A DNA stretch of 63,048 nucleotides, filler included, from Octopus bimaculoides (GCF_001194135.2; 4 parts of 4 records of this genome joined end to end with filler, not necessarily neighbours in it); one strand, 5' to 3'; shown: positions 12,601 through 25,359, counted from the first letter of the whole stretch. A program made the numbers and translations. The notes: a model not told the origin generated them from the sequence alone.

Positions 12601-12995
12601 ACTCTTTTACTCTTTTACTTGTTTCAGTCATTTGACTGCGGCCATGCTGGAGCACCGCCTTTAGTCGAGAAAATCGACCCCAGGACTTATTCTTTGTAAG
12701 CCTAGTACTTATTCCATCGGTCTCTTTTTGCCGAACTGCTAGGTTACGGGGACGTAAACACACCAGCATCGGTTGTCAAGCAATGGTGGGGGGACAAACA
12801 CACACAAACACACACACACATATATATATACATATATACGACGGGCTTCTTTCAGTTTCCGTCTACCAAATCCACTCACAAAGCTTTGGTCAGCCCGAGG
12901 CTATAGTAGAAGACACTTGCCCAAGGTGCCACGCAGTGGGACTGAACCCAGAACCATGTGGCTGGTAAGCAAACTACTTACCACACAACCACTCC
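12601..12995 (-). mobile_element. tRNA-derived SINE family A (window-local label), best-preserved copy
   Basis: Head ...tgtggtaagtagtttgcttaccagccacatggttctgggttcagtccc, (TG/TA)n middle, 3' ggcggtgctccagcatggccgcagtcaaatgactgaaacaagtaaaagagt. Other copies: 3300-3655 (+), 8975-9300 (-), 10570-10800 (-), 15085-15810 (+), 36560-37170 (+), 57860-58075 (-), 59479-59815 (-), and tails in block B. Confidence 0.9.
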
Positions 12996-14129
12996 TGCAC
13001 CTATACAATTCCTAATAATATTTAATTGTAAAAAGTATAGTAGGATTTTTTAAACATCAAATGGTTATGAGAGCCTGTCTGAGTGAAAGGGGTATCAAGA
13101 GTGCCCATAGGAAAAAGTGGTTGAGAACAACTAGTTCATAAAATAATCAGTGGGACAGGAGAGGGTTGGCACTTGTGACTTCTGCAGGCCCTCTCAGACT
13201 GGTGGTACTTAAGTTTTTAATGGCCAGTCAAATTATCTATGGGTCAATTTCTGTAGAAAAAAAAAGAAAGAAAATGAAGGTACAGGAAGGAACAGGAATC
13301 TTGTTTGGATTTGTGTGCACTTATGTTAAGCAACAGGTACACATGAGGAATTAAACTGAATTAAACTAACCAATTGCATTTGAGTCCAGTGCATGATTCA
13401 TAGCAAAAAAGAAATATGTGTGTATGTGTGTGTGTGTGTGTGTATTAACGAAATGACGATATCGTTTGAGTAGGTCTTAATTGTTTTCATCAACACCGTC
13501 ATCACCATCACCATAATCAACTTCACAACATCACTACCATGACCACCACCACTGCTAAACCCCCACCCTACCCCATTAATCCTACTGTCATCGGCAATGC
13601 TGCAGATAAGTATTTTGTCACTGCTGCTACTACTACTACTACTACCACCACCACCACCACTACTACTGCTGTCACCACTGCAATTCAAACAGGAGAACCG
13701 ATACTATGCAAGGAAGTTAATTACTATACATACTAATTACTTGCTTTTCTGTTCTCTGATTTTTTTTTTTGATTTTTTACCATATCATTATTTATTATTG
13801 CTGCTTTTGTAGTAATTGTTTAACCCTAGGCTAAATCTGATTCTGCTGATCCATGATTCCAGCCATGCTGTATATAATATGGAAGAAATTTAGCTGCTAT
13901 TTCTAGAAGGTCAAGCGACCATTTTAACAGCTCTCTAGTCACACTGTACTACAGCTATTACTACTGCTGCTACTGCTGCTACTGCTGCTACTGCTGCTAC
14001 TACTGCTGCTGCTGTTATTCTTTGCAACTTTTCACTTAATTTACTCTAATGATAAATATAAGGATATTGCATGCAAAATATGATTGCATTTCCTGTTGTA
14101 GTTGTCTTCTTCTTCTTCTTCTTCTTCTT

Positions 14130-14160
<31 letters not shown>

Positions 14161-15282
14161 TTATTATTATTATTATTACTATTATTCATATAGAATCTAC
14201 CAAAGGAAGTTGGTAACTTAATTTATTTGAGTTCCTGTAGTCACGGCTTTCAGTATTTGGCAAACTTGCGTTGGAATGCAATCTTTCCTGCCTAGACGAT
14301 AGGAAGGAAACTTGACACTAATTAACTATTTTGTTATTTGAACCAATAAGAAAGTTATTAATGACGACGAAGGTAATAACAATGATGACGATGATGATGA
14401 TTATGAGTTTTAGGATAATTATGATGATGATGATGATGATGCTGGTGGTGGTTATGTTTAAGCAATAAAAAAAAAAAATTTATTTTTATTTTTATAAAAT
14501 GGAACAAAGCCATACATTTTATTTTTTAAATCTATTAATTTTTACTAATTATTTGTTTTGTTGCCATTTTTGCTTTGTAGGGCAGTGTAATTGGTACAGA
14601 CTGGAGGAAGTTGGACTAGATTTCTTTAATAGTAATTTGGTTGCCTGTCTCATTGTTTTCTATTTAAATCTTGGTAGAATTAACTTAGAAAACATTCTCC
14701 AATCCCACCACCGGCAACACGTATGTATGTATGTATGTATGTATGTACGTATGTATGTATGCATGTGTGTATTTATATATATATATATATATATATACAC
14801 TTGTATGTATGTATGCATGTGTGTATTTATATATATATACATATATATATATACACTTGTCTGAGCTAATAAAGAAGACTTTGTTTAGCTGCCAGACCTG
14901 TGGACCTGTGAGAAATATAAGTCAAATCTCTCAAATAAATCCCTACTGTCTTTATAAAGAAAGGAGACATTTCATAGTATAGTTCTAGACATAAACAACA
15001 TACAGAATGGTTATAGCCAAAATGTTTTGATCATAGGTCTGCTTGGCTGGCTCTAACGTATGATTAAACAACAAATGTATATAGGCATGGCTGTGTGGTA
15101 AGAAGTTTACTTCCTCACCACATGGTTCCGGGTTCAGTCCCACAGTGTGACACTTTGGGCAGGTATCTTTTCCTATAGCTTCGGGCCGACCAAAATCTTG
15201 TGTCTTGTGAGTGGATTTGGTAGATGGAAACTGAAAGAAGCCCATCATATGTGTGTGTGTGTATGTGTGTGTGTGTGTGTGT

Positions 15283-15545
15283 GAAGGCGCATGGCTCAGT
15301 GGTTAAGGTGTTGCACTCATGATTGCGAGATCGTGGGTTTGATTCCCAGACTGGGCATTGGGTTGTGTTCTTGAGCAAAGCGCTTCATTTCACGCTGCTC
15401 TGTGATCATTTCGTCCTCTGACATGTGGCACCCATTGCACCTGTACAGGTAATGTTGATTTGATGGAGGGAGTGAGCTTATGTGCACACAAACATTTGAT
15501 CACTATAAACAAATCATCTCTGTGGTTCTTTGGGGAAAAATTGTC
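15283..15545 (+). mobile_element. tRNA-derived SINE family B nested in the (TG)n middle of a family A SINE
   Basis: gaaggcgcatggctcagtggttaaggtgttgcactc...gtttgattcccagac head; a second copy lies at about 57600-57850. Family A head (15085-15250) and tail (15600-15810) flank it. Confidence 0.75.
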
Positions 15546-16147
15546 AAACTTTCATATGTTGTCTAACAACGCGAGAGTCCATCGTATATATGTGTATATA
15601 TTTATGTATTTGTGTCTGCGGTTGTCACCCCACAACCATCGTTTGACAACTAATACTGGTGTGTTTATGCTCCGGTAACTTAGTGGTTCAGCAAAAGATA
15701 CCAATAGAATAAGTACTAGGCTTACAAAAAATAAGTCCTAGGGTTGATTTCTTCGACTAAAACTCTTTAAAGGGGTGCCCCAGTATGGCCACAGTCAAAT
15801 GACTGAAATGTGTAGAGTGTGAGGCAATTGTTGTTGTCACTAGGCCTAACTGATCATAAAGCCAATACCATCATGAGTGATATCCAGATTACAGGGGAGA
15901 AAGGCAAGCCACTTGGTTTGGTTAAAAAAAGACAATGAACAATGGCTAGAAGAATATTGACTGAAACCTAGTATCCTGTTGATCTGGCAAGCAGGTCACG
16001 TTTCTGTGAGGTGGAGCCAGTGTGCAATAGTGCAGTTGAGAGGAAGGCCCTGAAATGGAGCGCATTCTCTCCTGATGATCCCATAAGCTTGCTAGCATCT
16101 GGTATGTGGAGCTTCCAACTGGGAGCACTTGCATCTGCAAGTTGTTT

Positions 16148-16194
<47 letters not shown>

Positions 16195-16294
16195 NNNNNN
16201 NNNNNNNNNNNNNNNNNNNNNNNNNNNNNNNNNNNNNNTTAATTAATTAANNNNNNNNNNNNNNNNNNNNNNNNNNNNNNNNNNNNNNNNNNNN
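16195..16294. other. Synthetic scaffold spacer 44N-TTAATTAATTAA-44N
   Basis: The identical 100-nt construct also occurs at 32606-32705 and 56169-56268; the 12-mer is palindromic with stops in all six frames. Confidence 0.9.
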
Positions 16295-17020
16295 TATATA
16301 TATATATTCATATTTACGTGTTTAGGACAGCGAGCTGGCAAAATCGCTTAGCATTTCGTCCGACTTATGGTGCTAGGACATATTCACCCGACTGCGACTT
16401 TCCCGTTTATCTTCTCTGGGTAAAAAAAATTAATAAATAATAAAATTATTATCAGTTGAACACTGAGGCGGATGTAATCAACTCTCAGTCAAAATATTCC
16501 AAACTATTTAATGATCCATTCCCTCCTAGATCCACTTGTAGCGATAATTTGTTTACAGAGTTTCAGCCCAGACAGTTGAACTCAACATAAGCCAGGCAAA
16601 TATTTTGTTTACGACTACAAATTTACACCTCACCTGTATTTGAATACAGCAAGTAGCGAGTAGGAACGTTCAGTCCGATTAAATACTACAGACTCGCAAA
16701 TTCTTCTGTAAATTTACCGAATTATATAAATAATAGCTTAATGTATTGGCTCAAGGCCAGCAATTCCTATGTCGCCATGTCTCACCGATTACATTGATGA
16801 CGGGACATGGCATGAACTGAAAGAGGAAAACATCATGTTGATCTTGACATGATTGGACCTCTGAAGGCCGGATGAAATGTTACTATGCACATATTTCCAA
16901 AGCTCGAATAATTCTACCAGTATATCACCATTTTACAATAGATATACTAAGCAATATGTATAGAATATTATTCCATGACATATATTATAATTTCTTCTCC
17001 AAATTTGTTTTTACTTTTAG

Positions 17021-17109
17021 TCGAATACATTTGTTCGGTCCCTGGCTCAGACAAAGGTTCCCTTTTTGTGCTAATTTATTCGCCGGCCTATTTACGGCGG
17101 TGAAATGTG
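17021..17109 (+). CDS. Candidate exon 3, copy 1, of a small Cys-rich secreted/GPI protein family (phase 2-1)
   Basis: Acceptor ttttacttttag, donor gtaaga; 89 nt: RIHLFGPWLRQRFPFCANLFAGLFTAVKC(G). This is the only frame open in all three copies. Confidence 0.62.
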
Positions 17110-17378
17110 GTAAGATATTTTCATTAACTATTGTAGTTTTACGAGAATTAATAATGTTTCAAAGGATTGAATACATACAATCGTTATTTTGCACTAAATT
17201 TTATTACCTAATATTCCAGTGAACACCTATTTTCATTGAATGGATCTATTATCTGCAACGAAATTGGCTTTTCTAATGTTATGGTTATCACTTAATAATT
17301 CTCATTCAGTTAAGCATAACTATAATCACTGTGTATATTGCGAGTATGTATATAAATATTGTAAGTAATTTCAACGGT

Positions 17379-17748
17379 GAAGGCGCAATGGCTCAGTGGT
17401 TAGGGCAGCGGACTCGCGGTCAAAGGATCGCGGTTTCGATTCCCAGACCGGGCGTTGTGAGTGTTTATTGAGCGAAAACACCTAAAGCCCCACAAGGCTC
17501 CAGCATGGGATGGTGGCGAACCCTGCTGTACTTGTTCACCATAACTTTCTCTCATTCTACCTACCTGTTTATGATGTACCTGTATTTCAAAGGGTCAGCC
17601 TTGTCACACTGTGTCACGCTGAATATCCCCGAGAACACACGTGTCTGTGAAGTGCTCAGCCACTTGCACGTTAATTTCACGAGCAGGCTGTTCCGTTGAT
17701 CGGATCAACTGGAACCCTCAAAGTCGTCAGCGACGGAGTGCCAACAAC
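17379..17748 (+). mobile_element. tRNA-derived SINE family C in intron 3 of the Cys-rich genes
   Basis: A box GGCTCAGTGGTT, B box GTTTCGATTCC, ends cgacggagtgccaacaac. Orthologous copies at 19110-19478 (+) and 31813-32183 (-); independent copy at 34781-35163 (-). Confidence 0.9.
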
Positions 17749-18066
17749 ACTGTATGCAATTTCAAGTATTTAAAATGTCATTAGCAATAAGATATAAATT
17801 TGTTAAGTCGAATCAATTGTTAAATTTTAATTTTTGTTAATTTGCAAATCAATAGAAGTTGGGAACGTACCAAATTGAGGACAGGAAGATTACAATAATA
17901 AAAACGTGCATTTTATATATATATATATTTTTTTGTTACAAGTCATTTTTATTAACGCTCTTTGAAAAGTCAATAAATATAACGAACAAATTAATTGATC
18001 ACCTATTTTCTATTTATTCTAAGTAGAAAATTGGTTTAAGAACCAGCAGTTTTCTAGTTCTTCTAG

Positions 18067-18161
18067 GCAGAGTACTGGCTCAAGAAAATGCTTCTCCTTC
18101 GTTCCGCCTTGAGTCAATATGGATCCTATTATTGCTTCTAATAATATCGGTATTGTTGTGA
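18067..18161 (+). CDS. Candidate terminal exon 4, copy 1: GPI-anchor-type signal
   Basis: Acceptor ttttctagttcttctag; phase 1 continues from exon 3: (G)RVLAQENASPSFRLESIWILLLLLIISVLL*. Small-residue triad N-A-S, polar spacer, 14-residue hydrophobic tail, then stop; AATAAA at 18212-18217. Confidence 0.6.
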
Positions 18162-18751
18162 CGAATGCTGTCTCAGCTGATGCTTATGTATTTCACGTAA
18201 ACATATTCATAAATAAAAACTGATTTCAAATTCTGTATGGTTTCTTTCTTGAAGAACGTAACAATCACTTAAAGTACAGTCGAAATATGAAGAAATCTGA
18301 GAAACAAAACATGTACTAAATTATCCTTCAAATAACTGTACACTAAACCTATAATTTCAATGTAATATAGTGAAATATCATTCTTTCAGTATGCAATTCA
18401 TATCACCGACACGGAAAGTTAGTCCGAAATAACACGCTAAATTAAGAATGAAATAATATTCTGACGTACGTCTAAGAATTGAAAGTTTATACGTTTCAGC
18501 ACTGGGTTATGTTTATCTATGATAAACTTACCCCAAAGAATCAAAATTATGGGGATTAAAGTCATTAAATGAATGGATTTGATTCTANNNNNNNNNNNNN
18601 NNNNNNNNNNNNNNNNNNNNNNNNNNNNNNNNNNNNNNNNNNNNNNNNNNNNNNNNNNNNNNNNNNNNNNNNNNNNNNNNNNNNNNNTATATAGAATGTT
18701 ATTCCATGACATATATTATAATTTTATCTCGAAATTTGTTTTTGCTTTTAG

Positions 18752-18840
18752 TCGAATAAATATGTTCTATGCCTGTTTCAAAAGACACTTCAGTTTTTGT
18801 GCTAATTTATTTGCCGACCTATTTAAGAAGGACAGATGTG
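18752..18840 (+). CDS. Candidate exon 3, copy 2, of the Cys-rich family
   Basis: Acceptor tttgcttttag, donor gtaaga; 89 nt: RINMFYACFKRHFSFCANLFADLFKKDRC(G). Confidence 0.65.
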
Positions 18841-19802
18841 GTAAGATATTTGCATTAACTATTGTAGGTTTGCGAAAATTAATAATGTTTGAAAGGATTG
18901 AATACATACAATCGTTATTTTGCACTAAATTTTATTACCTAATATTCCAGTGAACACCTATTTACATTGAATGGATCTATTATCTGCAAAGAAATTGGCT
19001 TTTCTAATGTTATGGTTATCACTTAATAATTCTCATTCAGTTAAGCATAACTATAATCACTGTGTATATTGCGAGTACGCATATAAATAGTGTAAGTAAT
19101 TTCATGGGTGAAGACGCAATGGCCCAGTGGTTAGTGCAGCGGACTCACGGTCAAAAGACCGCGGTTTCGATTCCCAGATCGGGCGAGGTGAGTGTGTATT
19201 GAGCGAAAACACCTAAAACTCCACGAGGCTCAAGCAGGGGATGCTGGCGTAATCTCTGTACTATTTCACCACAAATTTCTCTCACTCTAACTTTCTGTTT
19301 CTGATGTACTTGTATTTCAAAGGGTCAGACTTGTCACACTGTGTCACGCTGAATATCCCCGAGAACACACGTATCTGTGGAGTGCTCAGCCACTTGCACG
19401 TTAATTTCACGAGCAGGCTGTTCTGTTGATCGGATCAACTGGAACCCTCAAAGTCGTAAGCGACGAAGTGCCAACAACACTGTATGCAATTTCAAGTATT
19501 TAAAATTTCATTAGCAATAAAATATAAGTTATTTGTTAAGTCGAATCAATTGTTAAATTTCTATTTTTGTTAATTTGCAAATCCATTGAAGTTGAGAATG
19601 TACCAAATTGAGGACAGGAAGATTACAATAATAAAAACGTGCATTTTATATATATATATATATATTTTTTGTTACAAGTCATTTTTATTAACGCTAATTG
19701 AAAAGTCAATAAATATAACGAACACATTATTTGATCACCTATTTTCTATTTATTCTAGGTAGAAAAGACGCTAAGGAATCAGCAATTTTTTAGTTCTTCT
19801 AG

Positions 19803-19816
19803 AGAGTATTGGTTGA
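19803..19816 (+). CDS. Candidate terminal exon 4, copy 2: GPI tail out of frame (ends ESIG*)
   Basis: Homologous to 18067-18161 but lacks the first 2 nt (GC) after the acceptor, so phase 1 reads (E)SIG*. An alternative upstream acceptor at 19758 gives (G)RKDAKESAIF*. Either way no hydrophobic tail is made. Confidence 0.4.
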
Positions 19817-20858
19817 ACAAAATGCTCCTCCTTCGATCCGCCTTGAGTCAATATGGATCCTATTATTGCTTCTAATAATATNNNNNNNNNNNNNNNNNNN
19901 NNNNNNNNNNNNNNNNNNNNNNNNNNNNNNNNNNNNNNNNNNNNNNNNNNNNNNNNNNNNNNNNNNNNNNNNNNNNNNNNNNNNNNNNNNNNNNNNNNNN
20001 NNNNNNNNNNNNNNNNNNNNNNNNNNNNNNNNNNNNNNNNNNNNNNNNNNNNNNNNNNNNNNNNNNNNNNNNNNNNNNNNNNNNNNNNNNNNNNNNNNNN
20101 NNNNNNNNNNNNNNNNNNNNNNNNNNNNNNNNNNNNNNNNNNNNNNNNNNNNNNNNNNNNNNNNNNNNNNNNNNNNNNNNNNNNNNNNNNNNNNNNNNNN
20201 NNNNNNNNNNNNNNNNNNNNNNNNNNNNNNNNNNNNNNNNNNNNNNNNNNNNNNNNNNNNNNNNNNNNNNNNNNNNNNNNNNNNNNNNNNNNNNNNNNNN
20301 NNNNNNNNNNNNNNNNNNNNNNNNNNNNNNNNNNNNNNNNNNNNNNNNNNNNNNNNNNNNNNNNNNNNNNNNNNNNNNNNNNNNNNNNNNNNNNNNNNNN
20401 NNNNNNNNNNNNNNNNNNNNNNNNNNNNNNNNNNNNNNNNNNNNNNNNNNNNNNNNNNNNNNNNNNNNNNNNNNNNNNNNNNNNNNNNNNNNNNNNNNNN
20501 NNNNNNNNNNNNNNNNNNNNNNNNNNNNNNNNNNNNNNNNNNNNNNNNNNNNNNNNNNNNNNNNNNNNNNNNNNNNNNNNNNNNNNNNNNNNNNNNNNNN
20601 NNNNNNNNTATATATATATATATACAGAGAGAGAGAGAGAGAGACCGAGATACTCTCTTTTACTCCAACATTTTTTAGTCATTTGACTGCGGCCATGCTG
20701 GTGCACCACCCGTACTCGACCCCAAGACATTCTTTCTAGGCGTAGTACTTATTCTATCCTTCTTGGTTCCCGAACCTCTATGTTACGGGGACTCAACACA
20801 CCAACATTGTTTGTCAGGCGATTATGGCTGGATAAACGCACACACACTTCTATACATA

Positions 20859-20898
<40 letters not shown>

Positions 20899-23085
20899 CA
20901 CACGCACACACATATATATATGTTTTGTGTGTCTGTCTTTTTTCCTTACCATCGCTTGACGAACAATGTTAGTGTGTTCATGTCCATGTAAATTAGGTGT
21001 TCGGCAAAGAGGTCGACAGAATAAGTACCAGACTTAAAAGGTATATGTGATGGGGTGGATTTGTTCGACTAAAGACCAACTTCTAATATGGCCCAAGTTA
21101 AATGAGTGAAACAATTAAAAGAATACATGAATCTAAGAATAATATCTCAGTTTGGTACTTGCATACATAGCTACATACAATAAATATTCAGCCAAAAGGC
21201 TACATAGAACCAACTCCTGCCCATTCTATCATTTGACAGATTAAATTTCGAGAACTTTATGGAACGGTCAGTCTCTTTCAAGTTTGGAATATTACAATAA
21301 TTAGTGACAGCGGTGAAGTCTTTAAAAGTTTGAAAATAAAGAATTCCAAACCAATCCCTGTAAATTTCTACCAGTTCTGAATAAAATAACTGTATACAGA
21401 CATAAAACACACGTGTGTGTCTGTGTGAGCGTGTTTTCGCATACTACGTGCACGATTTTCTACTTTGCTGTGAAGGGTACAATTAACAGACAATTGGTTT
21501 TCCTGGAAGACGCCCTAGGGCCAGAATATGATTAGTAATTTGTGTTATCTCCCAGGATCTGCCAACACTTCAAACGATATTTCTACTCGAATACAATGTT
21601 ATACTTTGTCAGAATGAAATATGGCCTTATGTTTCTTGAGGAAGAAACAGTAGGTTAATTATATCTAATAGTTTATGAATATCCCATAAATATAATACAT
21701 GGCAATGACACATTATAAAATGTAAATTTCACTTCACTTCTGTGACATAAAACAACATTGCGGCTTCGCGGGTGTTTTATATATAAGGTTACAGAATATA
21801 TGTTCATCCACTGCTCCATCGCGTGAATGCTTCACTTCTTAACGATCTTCTTGTTATAAGTAAGTAGATATAATTTCGTTCATACACACACACCCACACA
21901 CACACCCACACAAACACACACANNNNNNNNNNNNNNNNNNNNNNNNNNNNNNNNNNNNNNNNNNNNNNNNNNNNNNNNNNNNNNNNNNNNNNNNNNNNNN
22001 NNNNNNNNNNNNNNNNNNNNNNNNNNNNNNNNNNNNNNNNNNNNNNNNNNNNNNNNNNNNNNNNNNNNNNNNNNNNNNNNNNTATATATATATATATATG
22101 CACATATACACATGTTCTCATATTCTTGCGATGTGCGTACAGTCTTTCATTGATGTGTATATAGACACATGCGTGCTTAAATTGATTCTGTCCATTATTT
22201 CATCTGGTTCATTATGTGTACCGTTTCAGACGAGTGAATATCATTTGATGTTCCTGACTACTGAATTGCTGAGCGAAAAATCGTAGCAAAGTACACACTT
22301 TACTGACAGCAATTGCAGACACAATATTACCTCAGAATTTCGGCGACAAGCGCTCATGTAAAGCATTCAGAACTTTTGCAATCCCCGATAAATTATTGGC
22401 ACTAAATCCCGAGTAACGTACTGCCGAATAGACTCATAGATCTCTTTCGAACATACAACACGTGACTCTCATTCAATTACCCGGAGCAAATGGATCATAT
22501 TAACGAGTGGATATTATTCAATAACGTGTGATAATAAATAGGAACAGAAGAACTTAGCTGTTTGCAACAGTAAGATGACATTATTATTCATCAAACTACT
22601 GACTTGACGCAAAATTTCATACGGAAAATATTTTGCTTCTGAACAATCGAGGAAGGAGTGTGCCAACACGCAATTATGAGAGCAGAATAGAAATTGTAGA
22701 AACGAGTGAGCCAAGAGCAGAAAAATTGTAGAAAGTCAAAGTGAAGATTTAGGAAGTAGTTTACTGAACAAACAGCATTTAGAATGCAAGCTNNNNNNNN
22801 NNNNNNNNNNNNNNNNNNNNNNNNNNNNNNNNNNNNNNNNNNNNNNNNNNNNNNNNNNNNNNNNNNNNNNNNNNNNNNNNNNNNNNNNNNNNACTCGACC
22901 CCAAGACATTCTTTCTAGGCGTAGTACTTATTCTATCCTTCTCGGTTCCCGAACCTCTATGTTACGGGGACTCAACACACCAGCATTGTTTGTCAGGCGA
23001 TTATGGGAGGATAAACGCACACACACTTCTATACATACACACATACACACACACACACACACACACGCACACACACATACACACC

Positions 23086-23118
<33 letters not shown>

Positions 23119-25359
23119 GTATATTTTGTGTGCCTGTCTTTTTTCCTTACCATCGCTTGACGAACAATATTAGTGAGTTCATGTCCATGTAAATTAGGTG
23201 TTCGGCAAAAGAGGTCGACAGAATAAGTACCAGACTTAAAAGGTATATGTGATGGGGTCGATTTGTTCGACTAAAGACCAACCTCTAATATGGCCCCAGT
23301 TAAATGAGTGAAGCAATTAAAAGAATACAAGAATCTAAGAATAATATCTCAGTTTGGTACTTGCATACATAGCTACATACAATAACTATTCAGCCAAATG
23401 GCTACATAGAACCAACTCCTGTCCATTCTATCATTTGACAGATTAAATTTCGAGGACTTTATGGAACGGTCAGTCTCTTTCAAGTTTGGAATATTACAAT
23501 AATTAGTGACAGCGGTGAAGTCTTTAAAAGTTTGAAAATAAAGAATTCCAAACGAATCCCTGTAAATTTCTACCAGTTCTGAATAAAATAACTGTATACA
23601 GACATAAAACACACGTGTGTGTCTGTGTGAGCGTGTTTTCGCACACTACGTACAAGATTTTCTACTTTTCTGTGAAGGGTACAATTAACAGACAATTGAT
23701 TTTCCTGGAAGACACCCTGGGGCCAGAATATGATTAGTAATTTGTGTTATCTCCCAGGATCTGCCAACACTTCAAACGATATTTCTACTCGAATACAACG
23801 TTATACTTTGTCAGAATGAAATATGGCCTTATGTTTCATGAGGAAGAAACAGTAGGTTAATTATATCTAATAGAATATGAATATCCCATAAACATAATGC
23901 ATGACAATGACACGTTATAAAATGTAAATTTCACTTCACTTCTGTGACATAAAACAACATTGCGGCTTCGCGGGTGTTTTATATATAAGGTTACAGAATA
24001 TATGTTCATCCACTGCTCCATCGCGTGAATGCTTCACTTCTTAACGATCTTCTTGTTATAAGTAAGTAGATATAATTTCCTTCATACACACACACACACA
24101 CTCGCACAAACACACACACACACACACGCACCCACACGCATATATATATGCACATATACACATGTTCTCATATTCTTGCGATGTGCGTACAGTCTTTCAT
24201 TGATGTGTATATAGACTCATGCGTGCTTAAATTGATTCTGACCATTATTTCATCTGGTTCATCATGTGTTCCAGTTCAGACGAGTGAATATCACTTGCTG
24301 TTCCTGACCAGTAAATTGCTGAGCGAAAAACCGTAGCAAAGTACACACTTTACTGACAGCAATTGCAGACACAATATTACCTCAGTAATTCTGCGACAAC
24401 CGCTCATGGAAAGCATTCAGAACTTTTGCAATCTCCGATAAATTATTGGCACTAAATTCCGAGTAACATACTGCTGAATAGACTCATAGATCTCTTTCGA
24501 ACAAACAACACGTGACTCTCATTCAATTACCCAGAGCAAATGGATCATATTAACGAGTGGATATTATTCAATAACGGGTGATAATAAATAGGAAGAGAAG
24601 AACTTAGCTGTTTGCAACAGTAAGATGACAATAGTATTCATCAAACTACTGACTTGACGCAAAATTTCATACGGNNNNNNNNNNNNNNNNNNNNNNNNNN
24701 NNNNNNNNNNNNNNNNNNNNNNNNNNNNNNNNNNNNNNNNNNNNNNNNNNNNNNNNNNNNNNNNNNNNNNNNNNNNNNNNNNNNNNNNNNNNNNNNNNNN
24801 NNNNNNNNNNNNNNNNNNNNNNNNNNNNNNNNNNNNNNNNNNNNNNNNNNNNNNNNNNNNNNNNNNNNNNNNNNNNNNNNNNNNNNNNNNNNNNNNNNNN
24901 NNNNNNNNNNNNNNNNNNNNNNNNNNNNNNNNNNNNNNNNNNNNNNNNNNNNNNNNNNNNNNNNNNNNNNNNNNNNNNNNNNNNNNNNNNNNNNNNNNNN
25001 NNNNNNNNNNNNNNNNNNNNNNNNNNNNNNNNNNNNNNNNNNNNNNNCAGGAATTATAATACATAATACTACAGATTTCGATCTTATCCACTTCCTCAAA
25101 GTTTCCACACAAGTCATCCCCGATACAAATAAAAATCATATTTAGAATATGTGAAGTCTTCAAATTTTATAAAATATGCATTTAAATAGAGTACCTGAAT
25201 ATTTATTTCGACATATGAAACAATAGTAATAAAATTTGTTTGCATTCATTTCAAAGGAGTCCAATTTATGTCACACCATTAGAATTTTGCGCCACTCTAA
25301 TATATTTCAATTTTTTAAAATTTTAACAGTTGGAACTGAGTATGATTCGAGTAACAACG

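Noticed and set aside
13140-13270. Strong minus-strand polypyrimidine acceptor
   Set aside because: All three frames stop within six codons; no Calx-beta similarity.
16872-17222. 116-127 aa ORFs covering exon 3 (also 18573-18953 and 32340-32597)
   Set aside because: They are read-through of intron sequence around the 89-nt exon; divergence is confined to the exon, so the long ORF is not the gene.
21556-21653. Exon-like block B segment ICQHFKRYFYSNTMLYFVRMKYGLMFLEEETV
   Set aside because: Has an in-frame stop in the minus-strand copy, lies 3' of the poly(A) signal, and is not needed by the gene model.
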